Source of the DNA: Planctomycetota bacterium
Lineage (GTDB): Bacteria > Planctomycetota > Planctomycetia > Pirellulales > UBA1268
DNA: 64,000 nucleotides
Direction of reading: 5' to 3'
Assembly (NCBI GenBank): GCA_003669585.1
Contig: QWOQ01000005.1
Location: forward strand, 650,502-714,501
The first letter of the stretch is position 1. Every line of letters starts with the position of its first letter. This document shows, one piece after another, positions 48,608 through 59,244 of this stretch. A model generated the notes under the pieces. It saw nothing but the letters and a program-made list of their open reading frames with translations. It ran no database searches and had not been told where the DNA came from. A program made the position numbers and the translations under genes.

Positions 48608-50110
48608 ATGACACACAAGCCGCCACTTTTGCAATTTGCCGAACTTGCCAAAAACTATCGGCTCGTGCCTGTCTATCGAAGGCTTCTGGCGGACAGTCTC
48701 ACGCCTCTTTCGGCATTCTCAAGGATCGATGCGGGGGAGTCTGGCTGCCTTTTTGAAAGTGTGATTGGAGGCGAGAAAGTTGGTCGCTACAGCTTTCTGG
48801 GCGCCGATCCATTTTTGCGATTTGAAGCTTTCGGAAACTCTGTACAGGTAACCGACTCGCATGGAACAAAATCCTCTCACAGCGAAGATCCTCTTGAAGA
48901 TCTTCGGCGTTTGATGGACCTTTTTAAGCCTCCGCATCTTTCAGAACTTCCACCTTTTACAAGCGGTGCTATCGGCTATGCCTCCTATGATGCGATTCGA
49001 TACATAGAGCATCTTCCAAACCAACCTCCTGACGATCGAAACCTCCCCGATTTATCATTTTCCTTCTACGACAGGCTTGTTGTTTTTGACAACGTTACAA
49101 AGACTCTCGACGTAGTTGTTCTCGCGCATCTCGACGAAGCATCGATTCCCTCTGAGCAGGCATACAAAAAGGCATGCGACCGAATCGATGAAACAGTGCG
49201 AATGCTTTCTGCTCCCTCCGCGTGGCCCGTTCCCGCTGACATTGAACGCACTGCGGACGTTCAATGTGAAATCAAAAGCAACTTTACAAAATCAGTGTTT
49301 GTTGAAAAAGTCAAAAAGGCCATCGATTATATTCAGGCCGGAGATATCTTTCAGGTCGTTCTCAGTCAACGTCTGGAGGTCGATTTTGATCTTCCACCAC
49401 TGGAACTTTACAGAACTTTACGAGTTGTAAATCCCAGTCCATTTATGTTTTTTCTTCGAACTCCAAGTGTCACTCTCGTTGGAAGTTCACCTGAAATCAT
49501 GGTCCGCGTTGTCGGGGGAACGGTTACCGTTCGACCGCTCGCTGGCACGAGGAAGCGAGGCGCTACTGCCGAGGAAGATGAACTCCTCGCCCAGTCGCTG
49601 CTCGCTGACCCCAAAGAGCGAGCCGAGCATGTAATGCTTGTCGATCTTGGACGTAATGATGTTGGACGGGTCTCTCGAATTGGTTCCGTTGAACTCAGCG
49701 ATGTGATGAGTGTTGAACGCTATAGTCACGTGATGCATCTGACAAGCAACGTCACGGGCACACTCGAAATCAATCGCACGGCCTTTGATGCGTTACGATC
49801 TTGCCTCCCTGCCGGAACGGTTTCAGGAGCGCCAAAAGTCAGAGCCATGGAAATTATTGATGAGCTGGAACCACAAAAACGCGGGCCATACGCGGGCGCC
49901 GTGGGATATATCGATTTTGCTGGCTCCATGGATACATGCATTGCTTTGCGCACGATCGTTGTAACGGGAGGAAAGGCCTACGTTCAGGCTGGTGCTGGCG
50001 TAGTTGCAGATAGCATTCCAGAATTGGAATACGAGGAAACCCTCAACAAGGCAAAAGGTATGCTCGTGTCCATCGAACTCACGGCGAAACGTCTCGCGAG
50101 TATCGACTGA
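48608..50110 (+). CDS. trpE: anthranilate synthase component I
   Basis: It has LFESVIGGEKVGRYSFLG, SPEIMVRV, and GAVGYIDFAGSMDTCIALRT...AGAGVVADS. Confidence 0.9.
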   Translation: MTHKPPLLQFAELAKNYRLVPVYRRLLADSLTPLSAFSRIDAGESGCLFESVIGGEKVGRYSFLGADPFLRFEAFGNSVQVTDSHGTKSSHSEDPLEDLRRLMDLFKPPHLSELPPFTSGAIGYASYDAIRYIEHLPNQPPDDRNLPDLSFSFYDRLVVFDNVTKTLDVVVLAHLDEASIPSEQAYKKACDRIDETVRMLSAPSAWPVPADIERTADVQCEIKSNFTKSVFVEKVKKAIDYIQAGDIFQVVLSQRLEVDFDLPPLELYRTLRVVNPSPFMFFLRTPSVTLVGSSPEIMVRVVGGTVTVRPLAGTRKRGATAEEDELLAQSLLADPKERAEHVMLVDLGRNDVGRVSRIGSVELSDVMSVERYSHVMHLTSNVTGTLEINRTAFDALRSCLPAGTVSGAPKVRAMEIIDELEPQKRGPYAGAVGYIDFAGSMDTCIALRTIVVTGGKAYVQAGAGVVADSIPELEYEETLNKAKGMLVSIELTAKRLASID

Positions 50111-50150
50111 CAAAGAGATTGCAGGTCTTTTTGACTCGGCCATTATTCTT

Positions 50151-51092
50151 ATGATCGAACTCGATCGAGCGTCTCTGACAAGAGACACCGTTGAAGTACT
50201 TCACTCACTTTCTTTCTGCATTCGGGCAGGAGAGTCGTGGGCCATTCTCGGACCAACAGCCGCAGGAAAAACGTCGCTGCTGGAGTTGCTCGGTGGCGTG
50301 CGCACACCGTCTGCAGGGAGAGTACAAGTCAACGGAATTTCTCAGCAATCTATTTTCTCTGTGACTGGAATTGGTGGGGCAGAAGGTACCCATGCAACGA
50401 ATGAACAATGGCCACCAATCACCGTGCGCGAATTTCTTTCGGTATGCGGTCTTGCAGCAAATCATCGCGGGTCAAGACTTCGAACAATTCTTGAGCAGTC
50501 GCTCGAGAGGACGGGTCTTCATAATTTTGCCCACCGCAGGATTGCAACGCTATCAATCGGCTCTCGCCAGCGTTTGCTTTTAGCCAGAGCAATCCTCGAA
50601 CAGCCTTTCACACTGCTCTTGGATGATCCCTATGCACATTTAGACCCAGATGGACATTTGTTATTGGATGAAGTGGTGAACGACTTGACACTCTCCGGTG
50701 GCATCGTTGCTGCCTCAATCCATGATGCCAATCTGAGTTCTGCGTGGAGCCATGTCGCTTTTTTGGTAAACGGTCGACTCGTGTGCCATGGTGCAGCGGA
50801 CCATCAAACACTCGCACCAGGCTTTTTATGGACCTACCAAATCGAATGTCCCCGCAATTCTTCAAGGGCTTCCGAAATCGTACGAAAGAAGCTTCGTTCC
50901 CCGGTTGATGAAATTGACATACATCGAATTCAGATCTGTCCAAGTATCGATGAACCTCGACTGCCCGAGGTACTTCAATTCCTTTTTCATGCCGGGATAG
51001 ACATTCATTCCGCCGACATAAAGCCACCATGGCCAGTTCAGCTAATTAAACACTTTACGCACAGCGATCAACCGAATTCCAACGACACATGA
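50151..51092 (+). CDS. ABC-transporter ATP-binding protein, orphan, with a C-terminal extension
   Basis: It has the Walker A GPTAAGKTS, the variant signature LSIGSRQRL, the Walker B LLLDDP, and the H-loop SIHD. The start is set to ATG 50151, downstream of the trpE stop. Confidence 0.75.
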   Translation: MIELDRASLTRDTVEVLHSLSFCIRAGESWAILGPTAAGKTSLLELLGGVRTPSAGRVQVNGISQQSIFSVTGIGGAEGTHATNEQWPPITVREFLSVCGLAANHRGSRLRTILEQSLERTGLHNFAHRRIATLSIGSRQRLLLARAILEQPFTLLLDDPYAHLDPDGHLLLDEVVNDLTLSGGIVAASIHDANLSSAWSHVAFLVNGRLVCHGAADHQTLAPGFLWTYQIECPRNSSRASEIVRKKLRSPVDEIDIHRIQICPSIDEPRLPEVLQFLFHAGIDIHSADIKPPWPVQLIKHFTHSDQPNSNDT

Positions 51093-51137
51093 TGAAAACA
51101 GTTCTTGCAGCGTGTGCAGAAAACTGTTCGCGAAACG

Positions 51138-51677
51138 TCAAGGCACCCCATGCCCTGAACTTCCTTCCCACGCTCGTCGCACTTGTCCCAACCCCTCCAC
51201 GCACGATTCATACTCATGGCTGAGTCGCTGAAGCAGTTCGCTCTCTCTGTCCAGTGCATCAGAGCGAATGCTGCTGGCAATGAGATACGCTCTTTTTCCG
51301 GACTGACGATAATCGAGTAGATAATCCTTGCGAACCGGTCCTTGAAACTTTCGCAGAGCTTCCGGGTAGACGCCCGTCCAGAACAAAGTGTAATCGCCTA
51401 TGTGACGGTACTCTTTGCGAGCTTGCGCTCCGGATCTCTTTTGAGCATCCGTAAGCATGTCTGTGAGATCGGCAACAGCCACGCCCGGTGCACCAGGAAG
51501 TTCGTAAAAAATATCGTTGCGAATGAATCGAACCAGCAGTGATGAGATGTACTCGACTAACGGAGGGTCGGCGATCCCCATAAGACCATAGAAGACGTTT
51601 TCAGTCAGTCCATGAAAAAACCGATCTCCGTCAGACTCTCCTCGGCGGCGATCATCCTCATCAAGAGGTACATGCAT
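51138..51677 (-). CDS. hypothetical protein
   Basis: The 179-aa ORF is convergent with the ABC ATPase gene. I recognise no motif. Confidence 0.45.
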   Translation of the reverse strand: MHVPLDEDDRRRGESDGDRFFHGLTENVFYGLMGIADPPLVEYISSLLVRFIRNDIFYELPGAPGVAVADLTDMLTDAQKRSGAQARKEYRHIGDYTLFWTGVYPEALRKFQGPVRKDYLLDYRQSGKRAYLIASSIRSDALDRESELLQRLSHEYESCVEGLGQVRRAWEGSSGHGVP

Positions 51678-52130
51678 GACAAAGCCTCAGCGAATTCCAG
51701 CGCATCCATTGCACTCGAGCACTGCTGCGCACTAAAGATCGAACACGTTGCCTTTCGGTTTCTGTACGTGATCCACCCGCCAACTGTTTTGACGACTGCC
51801 TAAAGATCATTGGCGACCGTTTAATAGTAGCGATCAGTAGCACTCGCTTGGGAGATCATTTTTGGAGGCCAATGTATCAAAGTCAAAAATGGTCGACCTC
51901 CCGTCAAATACTTCTCTGCAGAGAACAGAACCGTCCTGGAAAACTTTTTTTTGCAAAGTCCTTTCTCTGCGAAAATCATATTGAGGCTTTTTCATCTGGT
52001 TTGATTTGTTTTGCCTCTCACTTTATAGTAAGGAAGAAAGCTATAGAAACGATTGCGTTTTTCCAAATGTTTCTCCTTGTTCTGGCACTTCTCAATTGCG
52101 CTTGTATGCTTTTTTGAATCAGAGTTTTTA

Positions 52131-53471
52131 ATGAATTCGTGGTTTTTTTTTGATGCTTTTTTTGCTGCCGGCGGGGAGGGAATTCTTCAGCCGCTGCTGA
52201 TTCAACTTGTAGTAATCATCCTGGCGGCTCGCGCAGGAGCCTTCATCGCCAGAAAACTCAGGCAACCCAGCGTTGTCGGGGAAATCGTTGCCGGTCTGCT
52301 CTTAGGACCGAGCTGCTTTGCAGCTGTGTTTCCCGATCTCTTTGGACTTGTCTTCCAACCTCTCGAGGGAGCTGATTCGGTGAAGCTGGAAGCAGCGTTG
52401 ACGACTCTGAGTCAGATAGGTCTCATTTTTCTTCTTTTTCTTATCGGCTTAGAATTTGATTTCTCTCATATTCGTTATCAAGGGCGTGCCGCTGCTGCCA
52501 TTTCAATCACAGGAGTCGTGGCTCCCTTCATCATCGGATTCACTCTTGCGACTTTGATGCTTCCACGACTTGCTCTTCTGGATCCATTGGCGAGCTTTCA
52601 TGCGAGAAGCTTTGCTATTTTCATGGGCACGGCCATGAGCATTACCGCCATTCCCATTCTTGGACGCATTCTTATCGAACTTGGAATGCAGCGAACGCCG
52701 ATCGGAACAACCGTGATCGCATCGGCTGCCTGCGACGACGCTGTTGGTTGGATATTGCTGGCCGCAGTATCGTCGCTGGCCATAGGAAATTTTCAGGTAT
52801 GGAACGTCATCACCATGGCGGGTTCTTCGATTTTCTTTCTGCTCGTTTTACTCTACACCGTGAGGCCATTTCTGCTTCCGTGGCTCGAGAAAGAGGTAAT
52901 ACGAGGACACGGCAGGCTGTTACCGGGTCCACTTGCTATTTTGCTTGCCCTCCTTTTCGTATGCGCAATTACGACAAGTGCTATTGGTATTTTCGCGATT
53001 TTCGGCGCATTTCTTTTTGGCGCTGTGCTCTCCGGAAAATCTTCACTCCGGGAGGCGATCTCCGGTCAGTTAAATGATTTCGTGACCATTTTTTTCCTGC
53101 CCATTTTTTTTACCTACACTGGCCTGCGCACCAATATTGGCACGCTCACGACTCCCGAGTCTTGGTTTTGGTGTGCATTGGTTATGGCGGCGGCTGTTCT
53201 TGGGAAGTGGGGCGGGTGCGGCCTTGCTGCGAGACTTTCTGGAATGCCTCGCAAAGAAGCAGCGTGCGTTGGAATTCTTATGAATACCAGAGCGCTCATG
53301 GAACTGATTGTGATCAATGTTGGAATGGATCTGGGCGTCATTCCACCAAGCGTCTATTGCATGCTTGTTCTCATGGCTGTCGGAACGACTCTGATGGCCA
53401 CTCCACTGGCGGTTCGTATGCTTCGCAACACTCCATACGAAAAAGGCCTCATCGAACGTGGATTTCTCTGA
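52131..53471 (+). CDS. cation:proton antiporter (CPA2 / Kef-type Na+/H+ exchanger family)
   Basis: It is a membrane protein of about 12 TM segments with QPSVVGEIVAGLLLGPS and GLEFD motifs. The start is set to ATG 52131. Confidence 0.85.
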   Translation: MNSWFFFDAFFAAGGEGILQPLLIQLVVIILAARAGAFIARKLRQPSVVGEIVAGLLLGPSCFAAVFPDLFGLVFQPLEGADSVKLEAALTTLSQIGLIFLLFLIGLEFDFSHIRYQGRAAAAISITGVVAPFIIGFTLATLMLPRLALLDPLASFHARSFAIFMGTAMSITAIPILGRILIELGMQRTPIGTTVIASAACDDAVGWILLAAVSSLAIGNFQVWNVITMAGSSIFFLLVLLYTVRPFLLPWLEKEVIRGHGRLLPGPLAILLALLFVCAITTSAIGIFAIFGAFLFGAVLSGKSSLREAISGQLNDFVTIFFLPIFFTYTGLRTNIGTLTTPESWFWCALVMAAAVLGKWGGCGLAARLSGMPRKEAACVGILMNTRALMELIVINVGMDLGVIPPSVYCMLVLMAVGTTLMATPLAVRMLRNTPYEKGLIERGFL

Positions 53472-53553
53472 GCGGTAGCGCACGTCTGAGTGATCTGCAT
53501 AGCTCCTCTCTCTGGTCAATGCATTAGTGCACCGCATAACGAATCAACGTACT

Positions 53554-54363
53554 TTAATTTTTTTCTCGAACCGCTGCCACAAGTGTTCGAACATGCGCCT
53601 CGATTTCTCCAATGACATGCGATCGCGAAGTCGTGGCAATGTTACTCAGATGCCGAACGATCGCAGATCCCACGATCACTCCATCGGCGACTTTGCAGAG
53701 CGATCGCACCTGCTCTGGCGAGCTAATGCCAAATCCAACCAAAATTGGAACGTTTGATTTTTCACGCAGCCATTCGATTCGTTCGAGCAAATCTGCGGGG
53801 AGCTCCCGACGTTCTCCAGTAATTCCCGATACTGATACGCAATAGACAAAACCTGTTGCTTTTCGAACGATTGCAAGAGCTCGCTCTTGCGGAGTCGTTG
53901 GCGCAACCAAACGCACCAAACCCAGATCGCGTTGGCGGCAGAGACGATCAAGTTCGTCGGCTTCCTCGATTGGAAGGTCCGGCACAACAAGACCTGACAA
54001 CCCCGCATCGACTGCATTACCGACAAATCGATCAATGCCACGACGGTAGATGATCGAGTAGCTCACCATTGCAACAAGCGGCATCGAGACTTTGCTCACT
54101 GCTGTGCGAGATGTCTCCAAGACGTTGTCAAGTGAAAGTCCTTTTTCAAGAGCCCGCGTATAAGAGGCTTGAATCACCGGTCCATCGGCCAGCGGATCGC
54201 TATAAGGCACGCCGAGTTCACACAGATCGGCACCTGCGCGATCAATTGCTCGAACGCATTCGATTGTAAATTCTGGGTCCGGATCTCCCACCGTAAAAAA
54301 TGGGGCGATCGCTTTTCGGCCTTCCTTTTTTAAGGAGGCAAACATCGTATCGAGTGCGGACAT
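53554..54363 (-). CDS. trpA: tryptophan synthase alpha chain
   Basis: It has ELGVPYSDPLADGPVIQ and GFGISSPEQ motifs, and it lies downstream of trpB. Confidence 0.9.
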   Translation of the reverse strand: MSALDTMFASLKKEGRKAIAPFFTVGDPDPEFTIECVRAIDRAGADLCELGVPYSDPLADGPVIQASYTRALEKGLSLDNVLETSRTAVSKVSMPLVAMVSYSIIYRRGIDRFVGNAVDAGLSGLVVPDLPIEEADELDRLCRQRDLGLVRLVAPTTPQERALAIVRKATGFVYCVSVSGITGERRELPADLLERIEWLREKSNVPILVGFGISSPEQVRSLCKVADGVIVGSAIVRHLSNIATTSRSHVIGEIEAHVRTLVAAVREKN

Positions 54364-54443
54364 CCTTGCTCCAGTTTCAGTACGATCACACTTGAGTCTT
54401 TACATCTTTTTTCACAATTTATTCATTCATTGAATTCTGTTCG

Positions 54444-55667
54444 CTAGGATGAGGCTCCCTCCGTCATCCCTCGCAGGCGAGCAATCTCAGCAGCATCTTT
54501 ATCACCTCGACCTGAAAGACAAACCAAAATAATATCGTCTGGCCGCATTGATGCAGCCTCTTTGACAGCCCATGCCAATGCGTGAGAAGTTTCAAGTGCT
54601 GGCAGAATGCCCTCTCGGCGAGCTACCAAGTCGAAGGCATCCAGCGCCTCAGCATCCGAAACACTGGTGTACTCCACACGTCGGCAATCGAACCAGTAAC
54701 TGTGCTCAGGCCCTACGCCTGGATAATCGAGGCCTGCCGAAACCGAGTGAACATCCGATGTTTGCCCATCTTCGTTTTGTAGAACGTAGCTCAGGCTTCC
54801 GTGCAAAATACCTGGTTTTCCATGGCTTACACTTGCGGCATGATCACCAAGTTTTGTTCCCTTACCACCAGCCTCAACACCCACTAAACGCACCTCGATG
54901 TCATCGATCAGAGGATAGAACATACCGGCGGCATTACTTCCTCCCCCCACACACGCGACCACCGTATGCGGGAGTCGACCGAATTGTCTACGACATTGCT
55001 CTCGGGTTTCAGATCCTATCACTGACTGAAAATCTCGAACAATCCTAGGGAAGGGATGAGGGCCAACGACCGAACCGATAATATAGTGGGTCGATTCTAC
55101 CGACCCCATCCAGTCCCTCATCGCTTCATTGATTGCGTCTCGAAGCGTTTTTGAACCGGTCGTCACAGCCCGAACGTCTGCCCCCATCAATCGCATGCTG
55201 CGAACGTTGGGAGCCTGTCGTCGAATATCCTCAGAACCCATATAGACAACACATTCAAATCCAAATCGGGCGCACGCAGTCGCGGTTGCAACGCCATGTT
55301 GTCCAGCACCGGTTTCCGCAATGATGCGATTTTTTCCCATTCGTCTAGCCAATAAACCTTGCCCAAGCGTGTTGTTGATTTTGTGGGCACCAGTGTGATT
55401 GAGATCCTCTCGTTTGAAATAAATTTTTGCGCCACCTGCAAAGGCAGTAAGTCTTTCGGCAAAGAGCAACGGTGTTGGACGACCTACAAAGGCTGAAAGG
55501 AGTTGATCAAGTTCCTGAGTAAACGAAGGATCCTGCTTCGATTCGACATACGCTTGGTCAAGTTGATCCAAGGCCGCGGAGAGTGTCTCAGGAACATATC
55601 TGCCTCCGTATTGACCGAATCGACCAAATGTATCGGGGACTTGCGAGATTGTTGAATATGTTGCCAT
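54444..55667 (-). CDS. trpB: tryptophan synthase beta chain
   Basis: It has [26 protein letters not shown] (PLP Lys), [12 protein letters not shown] and GGGSNAAG. Confidence 0.95.
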   Translation of the reverse strand: MATYSTISQVPDTFGRFGQYGGRYVPETLSAALDQLDQAYVESKQDPSFTQELDQLLSAFVGRPTPLLFAERLTAFAGGAKIYFKREDLNHTGAHKINNTLGQGLLARRMGKNRIIAETGAGQHGVATATACARFGFECVVYMGSEDIRRQAPNVRSMRLMGADVRAVTTGSKTLRDAINEAMRDWMGSVESTHYIIGSVVGPHPFPRIVRDFQSVIGSETREQCRRQFGRLPHTVVACVGGGSNAAGMFYPLIDDIEVRLVGVEAGGKGTKLGDHAASVSHGKPGILHGSLSYVLQNEDGQTSDVHSVSAGLDYPGVGPEHSYWFDCRRVEYTSVSDAEALDAFDLVARREGILPALETSHALAWAVKEAASMRPDDIILVCLSGRGDKDAAEIARLRGMTEGASS

Positions 55668-55930
55668 GGGAATATGAAATGGGTCTAAGGGGATGAAGCA
55701 GGTCTCTCATTCTTCAATTCATGAACGTGAGAATAGTGTTTGCGTTAATGGAGTTTTGCGAAGGTCCTTAGAGTTTAGCTTCGAGCCATCATGTCGACAC
55801 CTAGAAGCGTTCACTGTGGTCTTTCAATGGCCCTTTGAAACGTTGTCCCACTCGAAAATTCTAGGCTTTTGTACTGTACTGTTTGAGTAAGAATATTTCT
55901 GAAAATCCTTGTGCCGAGAATACCTTCGAC

Positions 55931-56785
55931 ATGCCCGAATTACCCGAAGTGGAAACCATGCGACGCGGACTTGAGAAAATTGTGGGACTCCGCATTCATT
56001 CTGTGTCTTTTCCGGCAGCAAAACGACTTCGTTCTCTTCTATTCAAGCCTTCCCCTCAAAGATTGAAAACGCGTCTCCTTTCTTTGGTAATCACTGGGAT
56101 TCGGAGGATCGGAAAACGAATTGTGATCGACTTCAATTCTGACGAATCTCTTGTCATCGAACCTCGGATGACAGGATTGTTGCTCCTTGCGAATAGCCCA
56201 TCCCCTGAACACAACCGCGTTGAAATCTGTTTTGATGATTCTTCCATTCATCCGTTGATTTATTGGGATCGTCGCGGTCTCGGCACAGTTCAACTTCTTT
56301 CAGTTCACACAATGTCGATTCTGTTCAATTCCAATCGTATCGGACCCGATGCCCTCTTGATCACCGCAGAGGATCTGCAATGCCGTCTTGGGCGATCACG
56401 TCGGCCGGTGAAGGTCGCTCTTCTCGATCAGCGTGGCTTGTCGGGAATTGGAAACATCTATGCTTCGGAAATTCTTTTTCGTGCTCAGATTCATCCGAGG
56501 GCTCCGTGTAATCGTCTTCTCCCACAAGCTTGGGGCCGCCTGCACGAATCGATTCAATCCGTACTCAGAGAAGCCATTCAACTCAAGGGTTCGACTCTCT
56601 CTGATGCCACGTACCGAACGCCCCAGAATCGCAGTGGGGGATTTCAATTCCACCATCAAGTCTATGGCAAGCAAGGAACTTCCTGCTTTGTGTGTGGGAA
56701 TCCCATCGAGCGATTCGTACAGGCTCAGCGAGCAACTTTTGCATGCCCAACATGTCAAAATATGCGTTTTTTACGTAAGCTTTGA
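55931..56785 (+). CDS. mutM: formamidopyrimidine-DNA glycosylase
   Basis: It has the MPELPEVETMRRGL N-terminus, H2TH LDQRGLSGIGNIYASEILF, and the C-terminal zinc finger CFVCGNPI...CPTCQ. The start is set to ATG 55931. Confidence 0.9.
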   Translation: MPELPEVETMRRGLEKIVGLRIHSVSFPAAKRLRSLLFKPSPQRLKTRLLSLVITGIRRIGKRIVIDFNSDESLVIEPRMTGLLLLANSPSPEHNRVEICFDDSSIHPLIYWDRRGLGTVQLLSVHTMSILFNSNRIGPDALLITAEDLQCRLGRSRRPVKVALLDQRGLSGIGNIYASEILFRAQIHPRAPCNRLLPQAWGRLHESIQSVLREAIQLKGSTLSDATYRTPQNRSGGFQFHHQVYGKQGTSCFVCGNPIERFVQAQRATFACPTCQNMRFLRKL

Positions 56786-56891
56786 AGATTGGACCTCGGC
56801 TGATCCTCCTCGGATTGGCACAACTCGAGACGCGCCTGTACTCTCGCACAGAGTTTGAGGCACTGCCCATCAACAATTCCAACGACAAGGA

Positions 56892-57959
56892 TTGGGAACG
56901 ATGATCTTTCAACACAAAATACCTCCTGCGGTCGATACTTTTTCTTCTCGCCGAACATTTTTAGGCCAAGCACTCGGTGCGGCAGGAGTTGTTGTTCTTC
57001 CTGCGTCCTTTGGCAGAACTGGAAATGCTTCCCAAGCCGCCTCTGCGATCGACACACATACAGGCATCACGAGTGAGTCTCTTGTTAAGGTTCTTTTCGA
57101 TTCCATGTCGGCTAAGCAACGGGAGACGGTCTGCTTTCCCTGGGATTACAAACATCCGAAGTTTGGCCTTCTGCGAACGCGCGTAGCCAACAACTGGACC
57201 GCAACTGAGCCAGATATTTCAGGCACTTTCCTCTCTGCGGATCAAAAGAAAATCGTTCGCGATATCTTCGAACATCTGATTGAGCCCGAGTGGCATGCTC
57301 GATTTGACAAGCAGCTCGAAGATGACACCGGGGGATTTGGAAACGGTCAATCAATTGCACTGATGGGAACTCCGGGAAACGGGCCCTCACAATTTCTTTT
57401 GACCGGTCGTCACATGACGCTGCGATGCGATGGAAACTCCGCTGATCATGTCGCTTTCGGCGGTCCAATTTTCTATGGACATGACGCTGGTGGTTTTAAT
57501 GAGGGGGCGACCCACTCAGGAAATGTTTTTTGGCCGCAGGCTTTGGCTGCAAACGGCATTTACACCATGCTCGATGGGAAACAGCGGAAAATGGCACTCG
57601 TCCCGAAGGTGCCTCCTGAAAACGCAGTGGCATTTCGTGGGAAACAAAAGCCGCTGGGTGGCATTCCTGTATCGGAGCTTTCAAAAGATCAGCGAACCGC
57701 GCTGGGCGTTGTGCTCGGAACACTTTTGGAACCTTTTCGCACGACCGATCGGCAAGAAGCAACCCAGTGCCTTGAAAAGCAGGGTGGTTTGGATGCCTGC
57801 AGCCTTGCCTTCTATCAAGAGGGAAATATTGGCAATGATGAAGTGTGGGACAACTGGCGATTGGAAGGACCGTCGTTTGTCTGGCACTACCGCGGCTCGC
57901 CACACGTTCATGTCTGGGTCAATATTGCCGATTCATCCGAAGTTGCTACAAATTCTTGA
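56892..57959 (+). CDS. Tat-signal secreted protein, DUF3500-like
   Basis: It has the SRRTFLGQALGAAGVVV twin-arginine signal. LTGRHMTLRC and C-terminal WRLEGPSFVWHYRGSPHVHVWVN resemble my recollection of the DUF3500 pattern. Confidence 0.6.
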   Translation: MGTMIFQHKIPPAVDTFSSRRTFLGQALGAAGVVVLPASFGRTGNASQAASAIDTHTGITSESLVKVLFDSMSAKQRETVCFPWDYKHPKFGLLRTRVANNWTATEPDISGTFLSADQKKIVRDIFEHLIEPEWHARFDKQLEDDTGGFGNGQSIALMGTPGNGPSQFLLTGRHMTLRCDGNSADHVAFGGPIFYGHDAGGFNEGATHSGNVFWPQALAANGIYTMLDGKQRKMALVPKVPPENAVAFRGKQKPLGGIPVSELSKDQRTALGVVLGTLLEPFRTTDRQEATQCLEKQGGLDACSLAFYQEGNIGNDEVWDNWRLEGPSFVWHYRGSPHVHVWVNIADSSEVATNS

Positions 57960-58028
57960 CATCTTTTTTTACGAGATCGAGATGCCATTGCTTGCTTGTA
58001 CCGCTGGATCACCATTCCTGATTTCATC

Positions 58029-59201
58029 ATGACTGACTGTTGTGTGATTGGAGCTGGCATCATCGGGCTCTCGATTGCTCGTGAACTTGCCGGCCATGGT
58101 TTTTCTGTGGTGGTTCTTGATCGAGGAAGCCTCAAGCTTTCATCATCTTGGGCTGCGGCTGGTATTTTTCCTCCTGCGCCAATGTCAGACGATCCCGGAG
58201 ATGCCCTCACACACTGGAGCGATGAGCTCCATCGGATGTGGGCTGCTCAGCTCCTCGAAGAGACCGGAATCGATAATGGTCTTCGAACCTGCGGCGGTCT
58301 TCATCTTACTGCCAGTGCGGCACATCGCGATCAGATCAACTCTGAAGTACGTTCATGGCAACAGCGCGGTGCACGAGCGACGCTTCTCGATTCCAGTTCG
58401 ATTGTGGATATCGAACCCTGCCTTGGGGCTGCGGTATCCGCAGGACTACTCGTGGGAGGATACCTGCTGCCCGACGAAATGCAGATTCGGCCACCACGGC
58501 ATCTTGAGGCATTGGAATCTTCCTGCAAACGCCGCGGCGTTGTGATTCAACGAGGCGTTACCGTTGAGTCCATACAGATTCGAAACAATCGCGCGGAATC
58601 AGTTCTTACTTCTGAAGGCCATATTTCAGCTGGTGCGTTTTGTCTCTCTTCAGGTGCGTGGTCACAGAAACTTGCAGCGGCGATCGGGTTGGATATTCCT
58701 ACCCGTCCCATTCGCGGACAGATTGCCTTGATTCGAATGCCGGAACAAATTCTTAAGAAAATCGTGAATCGTGGACTTGAGTATCTTGTGCCGCGAACTG
58801 ATGGATACATGCTGGTCGGCTCAACCATTGAAGACGTTGGTTTTGATGCTACGACTTCTCCTCAGGCAATCGCACGGTTGCTTGCCTTTGCGACACAGAT
58901 GATTCCGTCGCTTGTCAACTCACCTGTCGAACAGTCGTGGGCTGGATTACGCCCCGGATCAATTGACGGCGTTCCTTCTTTGGGTCCCGTTTCAGTCGGG
59001 CACAATCTGTTTGTTGCCAGTGGACACTTTCGTGCCGGCCTTCATCAGTCCACCGGTACGGCGGTCCTGATGGCAGAACTCATTCGTGGCGTGCCTCCTT
59101 CACTCGATCCTCGTCCCTTCAATCCTCTGCGGCCCAAACCACTGCAAGGACACAGTGCCGTGGATGCATATTTGGCTCGCACTGCGACGGATCTCGCTTA
59201 A
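58029..59201 (+). CDS. FAD-dependent glycine/D-amino-acid oxidase (ThiO-like)
   Basis: It has the DCCVIGAGIIGLSIARELAGHGFSVVVLDRG dinucleotide-binding motif and a DAO-family length. The start is set to Met 58029. Confidence 0.8.
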   Translation: MTDCCVIGAGIIGLSIARELAGHGFSVVVLDRGSLKLSSSWAAAGIFPPAPMSDDPGDALTHWSDELHRMWAAQLLEETGIDNGLRTCGGLHLTASAAHRDQINSEVRSWQQRGARATLLDSSSIVDIEPCLGAAVSAGLLVGGYLLPDEMQIRPPRHLEALESSCKRRGVVIQRGVTVESIQIRNNRAESVLTSEGHISAGAFCLSSGAWSQKLAAAIGLDIPTRPIRGQIALIRMPEQILKKIVNRGLEYLVPRTDGYMLVGSTIEDVGFDATTSPQAIARLLAFATQMIPSLVNSPVEQSWAGLRPGSIDGVPSLGPVSVGHNLFVASGHFRAGLHQSTGTAVLMAELIRGVPPSLDPRPFNPLRPKPLQGHSAVDAYLARTATDLA

Positions 59202-59244
59202 TCGTTCTTGATGTTCAATGCAACAATCAACCCATTCTGTAGCT

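Noticed and set aside
55866-55886. The TGTACTGTACTGTTT direct repeat upstream of mutM, considered as a possible additional SOS box.
   Set aside because: It lacks the palindromic TG[A/T]AC-N4-GT[T/A]CA structure of the recA and imuA sites. It also does not fit CTGT-N8-ACAG. mutM is not a typical SOS gene.
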